A program made the position numbers and the translations under genes. A stretch of DNA of 64,000 nucleotides from Candidatus Yanofskybacteria bacterium (GTDB lineage Bacteria; Patescibacteriota; Minisyncoccia; 2-02-FULL-40-12; IGHO2-12-FULL-4), in assembly GCA_016185525.1 (NCBI GenBank), contig JACPNK010000006.1:115440-179439 (forward strand). Direction: 5' to 3'. Below, piece by piece: positions 56,204-64,000 of this stretch; the stretch's first letter is position 1, and every line of letters begins with the position of its first letter. The notes below the pieces were generated by a model. It had not been told where the DNA came from and made no database searches. It was given only the letters and a program-made list of their open reading frames with translations.

Positions 56204-56974
56204 CTATTTTTTCTTTTTGGTTTTTGACGATTTTTTCTTGCTGTTTTCGCTGTCCTCGGTTTCCTGACCGCTGATATTTTCTTCGGATTCTTCTCCCAGC
56301 GCTTGTTTTACGACTGAAAGCTGTTCCAGTAAAATATTCACGGATCTAATAAGAGCGTTTTTGGGGTTAATAGTACCATCGGTTTCTATTTCAAGCAGTA
56401 TCTTGTTGTAGTCGGTTCTCTGGCCTACTCTGATATTTTCTACAGTAAAATTAACATTTCTTACCGGGGAAAATATTGCGTCAATAGCGAGAGTCCCGAC
56501 TGAAATTTTTTCTTTTTGTCTTTGTTCCACCGGCACATATCCGATTCCCCTTTCTACCGTGAATTCTATTTCTAGCTCCGATTTTTTGTCTGTCAAAGTC
56601 GCTATGTGTTGGTTTTTGTTCGTTATCTCAATACTGCTGTCGGTTTTTATGTCTTTTGCGGTAACCTCTCTTTCTCCGCCGGCTTTTAGTTGTAGAGTAA
56701 CAGGTTCGTCTGAAAATGATTTTAGGCGTATTTTTTTAACGTTCATTAAAATCTCAATCACATTTTCCATAACCCCGTCAATCGTTGAAAATTCATGGCT
56801 GACTCCTTTGATTTTTACCGTTGTAATGGCGGAGCCTTCTATGGACGAAAGCAGGGTTCTTCTGAGAGCGTTTCCCAGAGTCACGCCATAGCCCGGATAA
56901 AGAGGTGAAATTTCAAACAAAGCCTGGTGGCCGTCTTCTTTTATAGCTATTATTTTTTCTGGCAGCTGTATCAT
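56204..56974 (-). CDS. rpoA: RNA polymerase alpha subunit (N-terminal domain only)
   Basis: PLYPGYGVTLGNALRRTLLSS, HEFSTI, IDAIFSPV, RTDY. Confidence 0.95.
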   Translation of the reverse strand: MIQLPEKIIAIKEDGHQALFEISPLYPGYGVTLGNALRRTLLSSIEGSAITTVKIKGVSHEFSTIDGVMENVIEILMNVKKIRLKSFSDEPVTLQLKAGGEREVTAKDIKTDSSIEITNKNQHIATLTDKKSELEIEFTVERGIGYVPVEQRQKEKISVGTLAIDAIFSPVRNVNFTVENIRVGQRTDYNKILLEIETDGTINPKNALIRSVNILLEQLSVVKQALGEESEENISGQETEDSENSKKKSSKTKKKK

Positions 56975-57045
56975 ATTTTTTAGTCTTTAGCATCATTTTA
57001 CAGTGATTAGCTGTAAAATCATCAGCTAGAAAACTATGTTAAATT

Positions 57046-57681
57046 TTATCTTGAATAAAATTCAATTATAGACTGGATGTCGCTTAACTCCAATCCGCTG
57101 TCGCTGATTTCTGGTAATTTTTCAATCGTGGCGATTAGATTGCTTTTGTCCACATTTATCCAAATTGGACTTTCATGCTTTGGCAGCCAATCTTGAACTA
57201 AAGAAGAAAAATACTTTGTTTTCTTGCTGCCTTCTCTGATGCTAATTTTGTCTCCTTTCTCCACTTTGTAGGACGGTATGTTATTTTTTGAACCATTTAC
57301 GGTTATGTGCCCGTGGCTTACGAGCTGTCTGGCTTGATCTCGCGACTGAGCCAAACCTATTTTATAAACAACATTGTCTAAGCGCTGTTCCAGTCTTCTT
57401 ACCAGCAGATTGCTGGTTTCTTTTTTTGACTGAATAGCTTCTTTTACATACGTTTTAAATTGCTTTTCAAGAAGTCTGTAAGTGTGTTTTATCTTTTGTT
57501 TTGAATTCAGTTGTGAGCCGTATTCAGACAGTTTTCTGAATTTAGATTTACCATGCATTCCGGGCGGGTAAGGTTTTTTGACCATGGCAGATTTGGGCGA
57601 AAGAGAACGCTCTCCTTTCAAAAAGAGTTTTACTCCGATTCTTCTTTCTATTTTTTCTCTTGGTCCAGTGTAGCGTGCCAT
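57046..57681 (-). CDS. rpsD: 30S ribosomal protein S4
   Basis: MARYTGP, PPGMHG, LEQRLDNVV, ARQLVSHGH, IIEFYSR. Confidence 0.97.
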   Translation of the reverse strand: MARYTGPREKIERRIGVKLFLKGERSLSPKSAMVKKPYPPGMHGKSKFRKLSEYGSQLNSKQKIKHTYRLLEKQFKTYVKEAIQSKKETSNLLVRRLEQRLDNVVYKIGLAQSRDQARQLVSHGHITVNGSKNNIPSYKVEKGDKISIREGSKKTKYFSSLVQDWLPKHESPIWINVDKSNLIATIEKLPEISDSGLELSDIQSIIEFYSR

Positions 57682-57789
57682 GCTAGATTTTCTCAACGAA
57701 GCAAGCAATTTTGATTGCGCCGCTGAGTTGTTAGAATATCTTGAACTTGTTACCGGCAATTTTTCACTTTGTTCAAATTGCCGACAAGC

Positions 57790-58233
57790 TTATACTCTCC
57801 TTGGTTTTGGCGGCCTTACTCCGTTGTGCGGGAGCGGTGTGTTGTCAACCAAGGCATTTATATTCAAACCGGTACCTGCTAATCCGCGTATTGCCGCTTC
57901 TCTCCCCGGGCCTATGCCTCTGACAGCTATTGAAATTTCAGAAAGTCCGTATTTTTTGGCTTTTTCAAGGACGTCCCTTGCAACCTGTGTGGCGGCGTAA
58001 GGCGTTGACTTTCTGGCTCCTTTAAAACCCAAAGAACCGGCGGATGACCAAGCAATTACTTCTCCTTTAGTATCGGCGATGGAGACAATTGTATTGTTAT
58101 AAGATGAAAAAATAGAAGCTATGCCTTTAAGAACTTGTCTTTTTTGGCTTTTTTTAACCGCCAAATCGGCTGACTTTTGGTCAGCAGTTTCCTTGACAGC
58201 TTCTGCTTTTGTAATTATTCGTTTTTTTCCCAT
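57790..58233 (-). CDS. rpsK: 30S ribosomal protein S11
   Basis: SYNNTIV, RKSTPYAA, TPLPHNGVRPPKPRRV. Confidence 0.97.
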   Translation of the reverse strand: MGKKRIITKAEAVKETADQKSADLAVKKSQKRQVLKGIASIFSSYNNTIVSIADTKGEVIAWSSAGSLGFKGARKSTPYAATQVARDVLEKAKKYGLSEISIAVRGIGPGREAAIRGLAGTGLNINALVDNTPLPHNGVRPPKPRRV

Positions 58234-58277
58234 GTTTTAAATTTTTTGTGATTGCGGGTAATTTCGGGCTTGGGACG

Positions 58278-58664
58278 CTAAGTTTTCTCCGCTGACGACT
58301 TTCTTCCGGAGCCCATAGTTTTTCTTACGTTGCCTCTGGTTGTTCTGGAATTTGTTTTTGTCCGTCCATGAATCGGCAGTCTTCTGGCATGGCGCGTGCC
58401 GTGCCAAGAGCCTATCTCTTTTAGTCTTTGAATATTTCTGGCGACATCTCTTTTGAGTTCCCCGCCGACCTTGAAGTTTTTATCAATAATATTCTGAATT
58501 TTGTTTATTTCTTCGGCGGTCAGATCCTTGCTTTTTTTGTCCGGAGATATGCCTGCTGATTTTAAGACCAATTTGCTTGAAAAGTGACCTATGCCAAAAA
58601 CGTAAGTTAATGCTATTTCTATTCTTTTATTGTCCGGTATGACTATACCTGAAATTCTGGCCAT
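58278..58664 (-). CDS. rpsM: 30S ribosomal protein S13
   Basis: MARISG, IALTYVFGIG, RTKTNSRT. Confidence 0.97.
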   Translation of the reverse strand: MARISGIVIPDNKRIEIALTYVFGIGHFSSKLVLKSAGISPDKKSKDLTAEEINKIQNIIDKNFKVGGELKRDVARNIQRLKEIGSWHGTRHARRLPIHGRTKTNSRTTRGNVRKTMGSGRKSSAEKT

Positions 58665-58665
58665 A

Positions 58666-58779
58666 TTATCCTTGCCTTTGTTTGTGCTTCTTTGTTTTGC
58701 AGATGCAATAAATTACACCGCTTCTTTTAACGATTTTACAATTTCTGCACATCTTTTTTACTGAAGCCCTGACTTTCAT
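58666..58779 (-). CDS. rpmJ: 50S ribosomal protein L36 (below the ORF-track cutoff)
   Basis: [37 protein letters not shown]. Confidence 0.97.
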   Translation of the reverse strand: MKVRASVKKMCRNCKIVKRSGVIYCICKTKKHKQRQG

Positions 58780-58997
58780 TAATTTCTAAAAATTATTCTT
58801 CCTCTATCATCGGTTTCACTGCTCAACTCTACGGTTACTCTGTCGCCCAGCATGACTTTTATGTAGTTTAAACGCATTTTACCGGATAGGTAAGCCAAAA
58901 TTTCCCGGTTGTCGCTAAGCCTAACCTTAAACGTGGTATCGGGTAATGCTTCAACTACAACACCCTCTTTTTTCAGTTTTTTATCTTTTTCTGACAA
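58779..58997 (-). CDS. infA: Translation initiation factor IF-1
   Basis: [32 protein letters not shown]; probable TTG start at 58997. Confidence 0.95.
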   Translation of the reverse strand: MSEKDKKLKKEGVVVEALPDTTFKVRLSDNREILAYLSGKMRLNYIKVMLGDRVTVELSSETDDRGRIIFRN

Positions 58998-59092
58998 AGA
59001 AAAATTAACGAGCCTTAGCTCTTTAGCTATTGCCAAGAGATTTGCGAATCTTAGCAGATTGGGTATCGAAAGTCAACCGGCTGGGACAGGTT

Positions 59093-60952
59093 TCAGTAGG
59101 ACAGTTTTAATTGAATGTTATTTTTGTTTTTTGGAATACTACGGACCCAGAAAGGAGATAAAACCACTTTGCCTGATTCTACTTCGGATATGCCCATTAA
59201 GTATTCCTGGATTTTGTTTTTTTTCATGCCCAGCATTTCTTTTATCATTTTTTCTTCATCAATTTTTACCGCAATTTCGCCTTTTGCCGATATTTTCAAA
59301 GACAGTGTTTTTTTGTCCAAATCAAGCTTGGGTTCGGAGTAAGTTTTTTCCAGCGTATTTTCCAACAGCAAATACCGTCCGTTTTTGTTTGAAGAGGCGT
59401 CTATAAGACCCGTGATATCAGCTTCCTGAAAGCCAATTGTTTTTGCTTCAGCAATAGCGACAACGGCAAAACCCTCGGCTGCATTATCTATTTCCGCTGT
59501 GGATTTAAGAGAAACAACCTGATTGATTACCGGTTCTGCGATTTTGAGGCCGTTGGTTTTTGCTTTTAAATTTTCCAGAGACTTAGCCAGGGCTTCTTTG
59601 GTAACTTGATCTTTTGCGTCGTTAAAATCTTTTTCAGTGACCACTTTGGTTAAGCCGACTATGCCACCGGTCATCGGTTTGCTGGATTCAGCGTGGAAGC
59701 CATCAAATTTAGGAGTACCCTTGAAACCAGGAATCGTGAATTGGTCGGCGTTTATATTGTATTCTTGGCCGGGCTTATCAGCTATGACTTCTACGGTAAT
59801 AGTTCCGGGCACTGATTTGCCATTAACCAGTTTGGCGCCGGGTACGGTGATCGGTCTTGGCGTTCTGAATACCAGGCCCTTTGAAGACTCAAATCGGGTG
59901 GTTGCCACCAAAGCTTGTGGTTCGGAGTTAATGTTGTTAAATACCGTGATCTCACCTCTGGCCTTTCGGGCAACTTCTTTTTCACCTGTGGCAATAAAAT
60001 CTTTGGAAACTTCGGCACTGTAAGATAAAAGTTGGCCGACTATTTTTTTAGCGGCAAAGTCTGTCTGCGGGTAATTGCTAGAGATGGATACAGTGGTATC
60101 AAAGTCTATTTTTTCTTTTTGGGGTTGTATGATAATTTTGGCGCTGCCAAGGAATAAGAACAAAACAACGAAAAGCATGATAACCCCGGAAAGTATAAAA
60201 ATTAAACCAGTTCTCTTGTGAAGTTTTTCTTTTTTTATGGGGTTGATGTTGTCCCAGAAATTTTTGACGGATTTGATTCTTCCGTCCCTGGCGTTTTGGT
60301 CCCTTTTTAACCAAATGCTTTCCAGATTGTCTAAACTTTCCGAGGGCAAGTCTTTTCTTATGTGCGGGTTTGTTGAAGTTCGGCCGTCTCTTTTTATTTT
60401 AATTGGATTCTGCTCGCTTGGCTTGCGGATGTCAGACATTTTATAAGATTTGTACTTAGCCATGGCCAAATCGGCAAGACTGTCATCTTCCTTTTCCTCA
60501 ATCAAGTCTTCGCTGGGGTATTCGCCGGTGTCTGCGTCCGGGTGGTAGTCTTTTTCTTCCGAATCATCTTCTTCTATTAAACCGGCGTTTTCCTGATTCT
60601 CTATCTCTTCAATTTTAGGCAGTTCCGGAGAGATATCTGGGAGCAAGTCTTCCTCGGCGTTGTTTTCTGTGTCTTTTTCTTGATCTTGATCGTCGTCTTG
60701 GTCAACCAGAAGACGGAATCCGTATTTGGGGGCAAAGCTTTTGGCTGATTCATCTGCAGTCATGAGGGTGATCTTTTTTTGTGACGATTGCATCTCTGCG
60801 GCTAAGCTTGCAAAGTGGTTTTCGTTTCTGGTAATCTTGCTGTTTTTGGGTAAAATAAAAATCACCTCTTCAGCTTCGGTTTTCTTAAACTCGTTAAAAA
60901 TATCCTCAAAGCTGTCGTTTTTGAGAATATTTATAATTTTGGTTGAACCCAT
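59093..60952 (-). CDS. Single-pass membrane protein with baseplate-J-like C-terminal domain
   Basis: Acidic cytoplasmic region, TM, ARGEITVFN, LVATTRF, A...GQEYNI, GG. Confidence 0.7.
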   Translation of the reverse strand: MGSTKIINILKNDSFEDIFNEFKKTEAEEVIFILPKNSKITRNENHFASLAAEMQSSQKKITLMTADESAKSFAPKYGFRLLVDQDDDQDQEKDTENNAEEDLLPDISPELPKIEEIENQENAGLIEEDDSEEKDYHPDADTGEYPSEDLIEEKEDDSLADLAMAKYKSYKMSDIRKPSEQNPIKIKRDGRTSTNPHIRKDLPSESLDNLESIWLKRDQNARDGRIKSVKNFWDNINPIKKEKLHKRTGLIFILSGVIMLFVVLFLFLGSAKIIIQPQKEKIDFDTTVSISSNYPQTDFAAKKIVGQLLSYSAEVSKDFIATGEKEVARKARGEITVFNNINSEPQALVATTRFESSKGLVFRTPRPITVPGAKLVNGKSVPGTITVEVIADKPGQEYNINADQFTIPGFKGTPKFDGFHAESSKPMTGGIVGLTKVVTEKDFNDAKDQVTKEALAKSLENLKAKTNGLKIAEPVINQVVSLKSTAEIDNAAEGFAVVAIAEAKTIGFQEADITGLIDASSNKNGRYLLLENTLEKTYSEPKLDLDKKTLSLKISAKGEIAVKIDEEKMIKEMLGMKKNKIQEYLMGISEVESGKVVLSPFWVRSIPKNKNNIQLKLSY

Positions 60953-61017
60953 AGGACTATTATATAGTGTTTTGGAGAAAATAAAAAAACAACTGTCAAC
61001 AGACAGTTGTTTTGCTT

Positions 61018-61272
61018 TTAAGCTTCGCATACCTTTACGCATTCATAGCCGTCAAATGCGTATGCGGTGCAAGTTGGGACGATAAAGTCGATTTCATTCC
61101 CGTTGTCTAGCATCACAATTTTTTTAGCCGTTAAGAGGTGTGGGCCGGAGTTTCTTTCCGCTACGTATAGATCCCCTATCTGGATTTTTCCTTCATCCAT
61201 CTTGAGCTTAATACCCTCAATGTCGATAGTTTCTCCTCTCCGGAGAGCGTTCAATGTTTGGTACCCTCTCAT
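61018..61272 (-). CDS. Hypothetical protein
   Basis: AGGAGG RBS; terminator near 60984-61013. Confidence 0.6.
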   Translation of the reverse strand: MRGYQTLNALRRGETIDIEGIKLKMDEGKIQIGDLYVAERNSGPHLLTAKKIVMLDNGNEIDFIVPTCTAYAFDGYECVKVCEA

Positions 61273-61289
61273 TTTAAATTTCCTCCTTT

Positions 61290-61679
61290 CTACTTTTTAA
61301 AGTTGGCCAATTCGGTCAGAACTTCTTGCAGACTTTTTTCGTCGTCTTCTTTTGTGCGATAAATTCTTTTTGCCAGTTCAAAGAGTTGAAAGCTGGGTTC
61401 ATCCAGTAACACCGAACCTTGATGATGTTTGACGATAAACAGTTCAACAACAGTCATCAAGGCGGTTAGTTTTCTCTTGTCTACTTCTTCAACTTCTTCG
61501 ACTTCGTCCTTAAAAGCAAAGCCCCAATCTTCGGTAAGGCCTAAATTTCCCAAATCTAAATAATACCCGTTACTAACTTGCATTTTAACTTCAAAAATCA
61601 TACCTTTTTCAACTTTTTTTGGAGCTATTCTTTGCCTCAGTCTTGTTGTAAAAAGTTCTTTTAGCACCCTAACTCTCAT
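61290..61679 (-). CDS. Hypothetical protein (possible SH3-like N-terminus)
   Basis: Translationally coupled to the upstream ORF (ATGA overlap). Confidence 0.55.
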   Translation of the reverse strand: MRVRVLKELFTTRLRQRIAPKKVEKGMIFEVKMQVSNGYYLDLGNLGLTEDWGFAFKDEVEEVEEVDKRKLTALMTVVELFIVKHHQGSVLLDEPSFQLFELAKRIYRTKEDDEKSLQEVLTELANFKK

Positions 61680-61882
61680 TTTTGTTCTTTTCCTTTCCTT
61701 TCTTGTCGCCGTTCTTGGCAGACTTTTGTGTCGGCGCAGGTTTGTCCGCAGCCATCCACATAACCGACTCTCTGATCAACTGGGGTGCTGAATAACACCG
61801 GCGGTTCGGCTTTTTCCGAACACAAAACGCATATTTCAAAACCATCCGGAGTCACGTTTTTAGTTCCCTTTGGAATTAGCAT
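61676..61882 (-). CDS. Small Cys-rich hypothetical protein
   Basis: CVLC...YVDGCGQTC...C; AAGGA RBS; TTGACT-17-TAATAT promoter. Confidence 0.55.
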   Translation of the reverse strand: MLIPKGTKNVTPDGFEICVLCSEKAEPPVLFSTPVDQRVGYVDGCGQTCADTKVCQERRQERKGKEQK

Positions 61883-62020
61883 TGTTAAAGTCCTTTTTCT
61901 TACAAGTCTTTACTTTTGACATATTAACATTAACCCCGCTTCTAGTCAAGGTTGAACTTGTCTAAATTAAAAGACCCTTTTTGGGTCGTAAAATTTATGC
62001 TTCTTTATTTTGTTTTATTC

Positions 62021-62230
62021 TTATTCTGTGGACTGACTCAGCCATATGTCTTGGATATCGTTTTCAGAAAAAGAATGACTTTCTGGGACGACTATTTGTT
62101 CGCAGTTGACTACTGTAAGCCCACGAACAATAGTCCCATTTTTTAAGTACACATCAACGATTTGATATCCCATTCCTGTTTCTGGCAATCCAGCCAGTTT
62201 GTCAACCCACTTTTGGCTTAAGAAAAGCAT
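62021..62230 (-). CDS. Small hypothetical protein (LPETGMGYQ motif)
   Basis: AAGGAG RBS; TTGACA-16-TATAAT promoter. Confidence 0.6.
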   Translation of the reverse strand: MLFLSQKWVDKLAGLPETGMGYQIVDVYLKNGTIVRGLTVVNCEQIVVPESHSFSENDIQDIWLSQSTE

Positions 62231-62293
62231 CGCTCACTCCTTTTTAAGAACCGTTCTTATTATAAAAAAACTCTTGATTTTGTCAAACAATAA

Positions 62294-63997
62294 CTATTGC
62301 TCTAAAACTATTGCTCTAATTCTTCTAATCCCTGCCCCGATGGCTTCTTCTTTTTTGATTGAGAATTTGCCGATTTCGCCGGTGTGCGAAACGTGCGGGC
62401 CGCCGCAGAGTTCTTTTGAAAAATCGCCGACAGAGTAGACATTAACTTTTGGTGGATATTTTAACTTGAAAAAACTTAAGGCGCCGGTTTTGAGAGCTTC
62501 TTCATAAGGCATTTCTTCTTTGGTTACCGGTAAGTCCTTTTTTATAACCTCATTTACTAAATCCTCCACTTTTTTAATTTCTTCATTTGTTAGTTTTCTT
62601 GGAAAAGTAAAATCAAAACGCAATCTTTCGGCTGTAATATCTGAACCTACCTGTTTAACTTCATTTCCCAAAATTTTTCTTAACGCGGTGTGCAAGAGGT
62701 GCGTGGCGGTGTGCAGGCGGGTCGCCTTTTTTAATTCTTGTTCGTTTCCCGCTCTCAACTTCCCGGTGTCTAAAAGCAAACCATGTCCGCCGAATTTTTT
62801 TTCCGCTCCGGCGCGAGATAGTTCTTGATGCTTTTTAAATTCTTCGTCAAATTTTTCGCGGGTTAATTTTTCCGATTTTTTTTCTCCCAGTTCTTTTATA
62901 ATTTCATAAGGCAGGCCGTAACTTTCGTAAAGTTTGAAAGCGGATTGAGCATCAATTTTGTCCAATTTCTGAAGTTCTTTTAAGCCATGACTCAAAGTTT
63001 TCTCAAACTTTTCTTTTTCGGAGTCAAAGATGTTGATTATTAAGCCAGCATTAAGGTTTGGATAATGCTGGCCGTAAATTTCAGCAATTTTGGCAAAGAT
63101 GTCATGCATTAGTGTTAAATCTGCTTTGGCAATAAAATTGTGGGTGATAATCCGCCGCATTAACCGGCGCAAAATATAACCCTGTTCTTTATTTGACGGC
63201 TGTACTTCATCGCTTATCAAAAAAGCTATGGCTCGGCTGTGGTCGGCAATAACTCTTTTAACTTTTTCTTCAAGCTCAAGCGGGGCAAGTTTTAAAATCG
63301 GTTCAAGCAAATCCGTTTCAAAAATATTTTTTTTGTTTTGAATGACTGTGGACAGACGGTCTAGACCCATGCCTGTGTCTACTCCGGAAGTTTTTAATTT
63401 TTCTAACTTTCCGTCAGGGTGGCAGTAGTATTCGTTGAAAACTAAATTCCAGACTTCTACTCCGTTTACAAAAATCTCGCTTGTCGGGCCGCATGGGCCT
63501 TCGTTGCCTGTCGGACCCCAAAAGTTGTCTTCTCGTCCCATTTTTTTTATTTCAATTCCCGGCGCGACTGATTTCCATATTTTTTCCGATTCCTCGTCGG
63601 CCGGTATATCTTTCTCTCCTTCAAACACCGAAACATAGTCAATTTCTAGTTTCAATTCTTTGGTTAAAAATTCGTAAGCGTATTCTATCGCTTCTTTTTT
63701 CCAATATCCGCCAAAAGAAAAGTTTCCTAACATCTCAAAAAAAGTAAGATGGCTTTTATCGCCGACCTCGTCAATATCGGAAGTTCTCATTGCTTTTTGG
63801 ATTGAGGCAGTATTAAGAGAACCAAAGTCTTTCATAGCGTCGGCTTGGCCGGTGTAATAGGGCTTGAATTGCTGCATGCCGGCAGTAGTAAAAAGTACCG
63901 AGGGGTCGTCGGGCAAAAGTGAAGAAGAGGGCACTATTTTGTGTCCCCTTTTTTCAAAAAAATCTAAGAACTTATGACGAATTTCTTGATGGGTCAT
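62294..63997 (-). CDS. alaS: Alanine--tRNA ligase (short form, no C-Ala domain)
   Basis: LFTTAGMQ, HLTFFEMLGNFS, GPCGP, DTGMG, HTATH, ELCGGPHV. Confidence 0.96.
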   Translation of the reverse strand: MTHQEIRHKFLDFFEKRGHKIVPSSSLLPDDPSVLFTTAGMQQFKPYYTGQADAMKDFGSLNTASIQKAMRTSDIDEVGDKSHLTFFEMLGNFSFGGYWKKEAIEYAYEFLTKELKLEIDYVSVFEGEKDIPADEESEKIWKSVAPGIEIKKMGREDNFWGPTGNEGPCGPTSEIFVNGVEVWNLVFNEYYCHPDGKLEKLKTSGVDTGMGLDRLSTVIQNKKNIFETDLLEPILKLAPLELEEKVKRVIADHSRAIAFLISDEVQPSNKEQGYILRRLMRRIITHNFIAKADLTLMHDIFAKIAEIYGQHYPNLNAGLIINIFDSEKEKFEKTLSHGLKELQKLDKIDAQSAFKLYESYGLPYEIIKELGEKKSEKLTREKFDEEFKKHQELSRAGAEKKFGGHGLLLDTGKLRAGNEQELKKATRLHTATHLLHTALRKILGNEVKQVGSDITAERLRFDFTFPRKLTNEEIKKVEDLVNEVIKKDLPVTKEEMPYEEALKTGALSFFKLKYPPKVNVYSVGDFSKELCGGPHVSHTGEIGKFSIKKEEAIGAGIRRIRAIVLEQ

Positions 63998-64000
63998 CTT

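Noticed and set aside
62294-63997. alaS as a truncated pseudogene
   Set aside because: Catalytic and editing motifs are intact; short AlaRS lacking C-Ala occurs in reduced genomes
1-64000. Alternative genetic code (UGA recoding as in Gracilibacteria/Absconditabacteria)
   Set aside because: Conserved genes are full length under code 11 and several end in TGA

Overview
64-kb chromosomal segment of a small-genome bacterium, most likely Patescibacteria/CPR (Parcubacteria-like). This assignment is inferred from gene content: shortened AlaRS, RpoA without its C-terminal domain, helicase-degenerate PriA and a KMQQRR-type EF-P. The core genes include a dcw fragment (mraZ-rsmH-ftsL-ftsI-murF), rplU, recR, dnaB, cysS, corA, efp, murA/B, a metal ABC transporter, fmt/def, priA, gltX, ctpA, a surface-glycan cluster, mreB, the alpha ribosomal operon (including a 37-aa rpmJ missing from the ORF track), alaS and tRNA-Glu(CTC). 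The most striking unexplained structure is a dense layer of short palindromic and heptamer repeats. An HUH/Y1 (RAYT-like) transposase is flanked by, and internally carries, the palindrome AGAAGTT(G/C)AACTT(C/A)T. The same palindrome sits in-frame in cysS and fmt, and other hairpin families are translated in-frame in priA, recR, hrcA and glycosyltransferases, similar to Rickettsia palindromic elements. Also notable: a CIRCE/HrcA operon with a ClpG/ClpK-like disaggregase and an HPD-less J-protein; a 149-bp structured element duplicating the rpsI 3' end; a 184-nt rod-like RNA candidate; a free-standing LAGLIDADG gene with inverted repeats; a triple ZAS zinc-finger protein; tiny IS30 and isochorismatase gene scars; and apparently leaderless core genes alongside SD-led orphan genes. 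All calls were made by eye; no searches were run.
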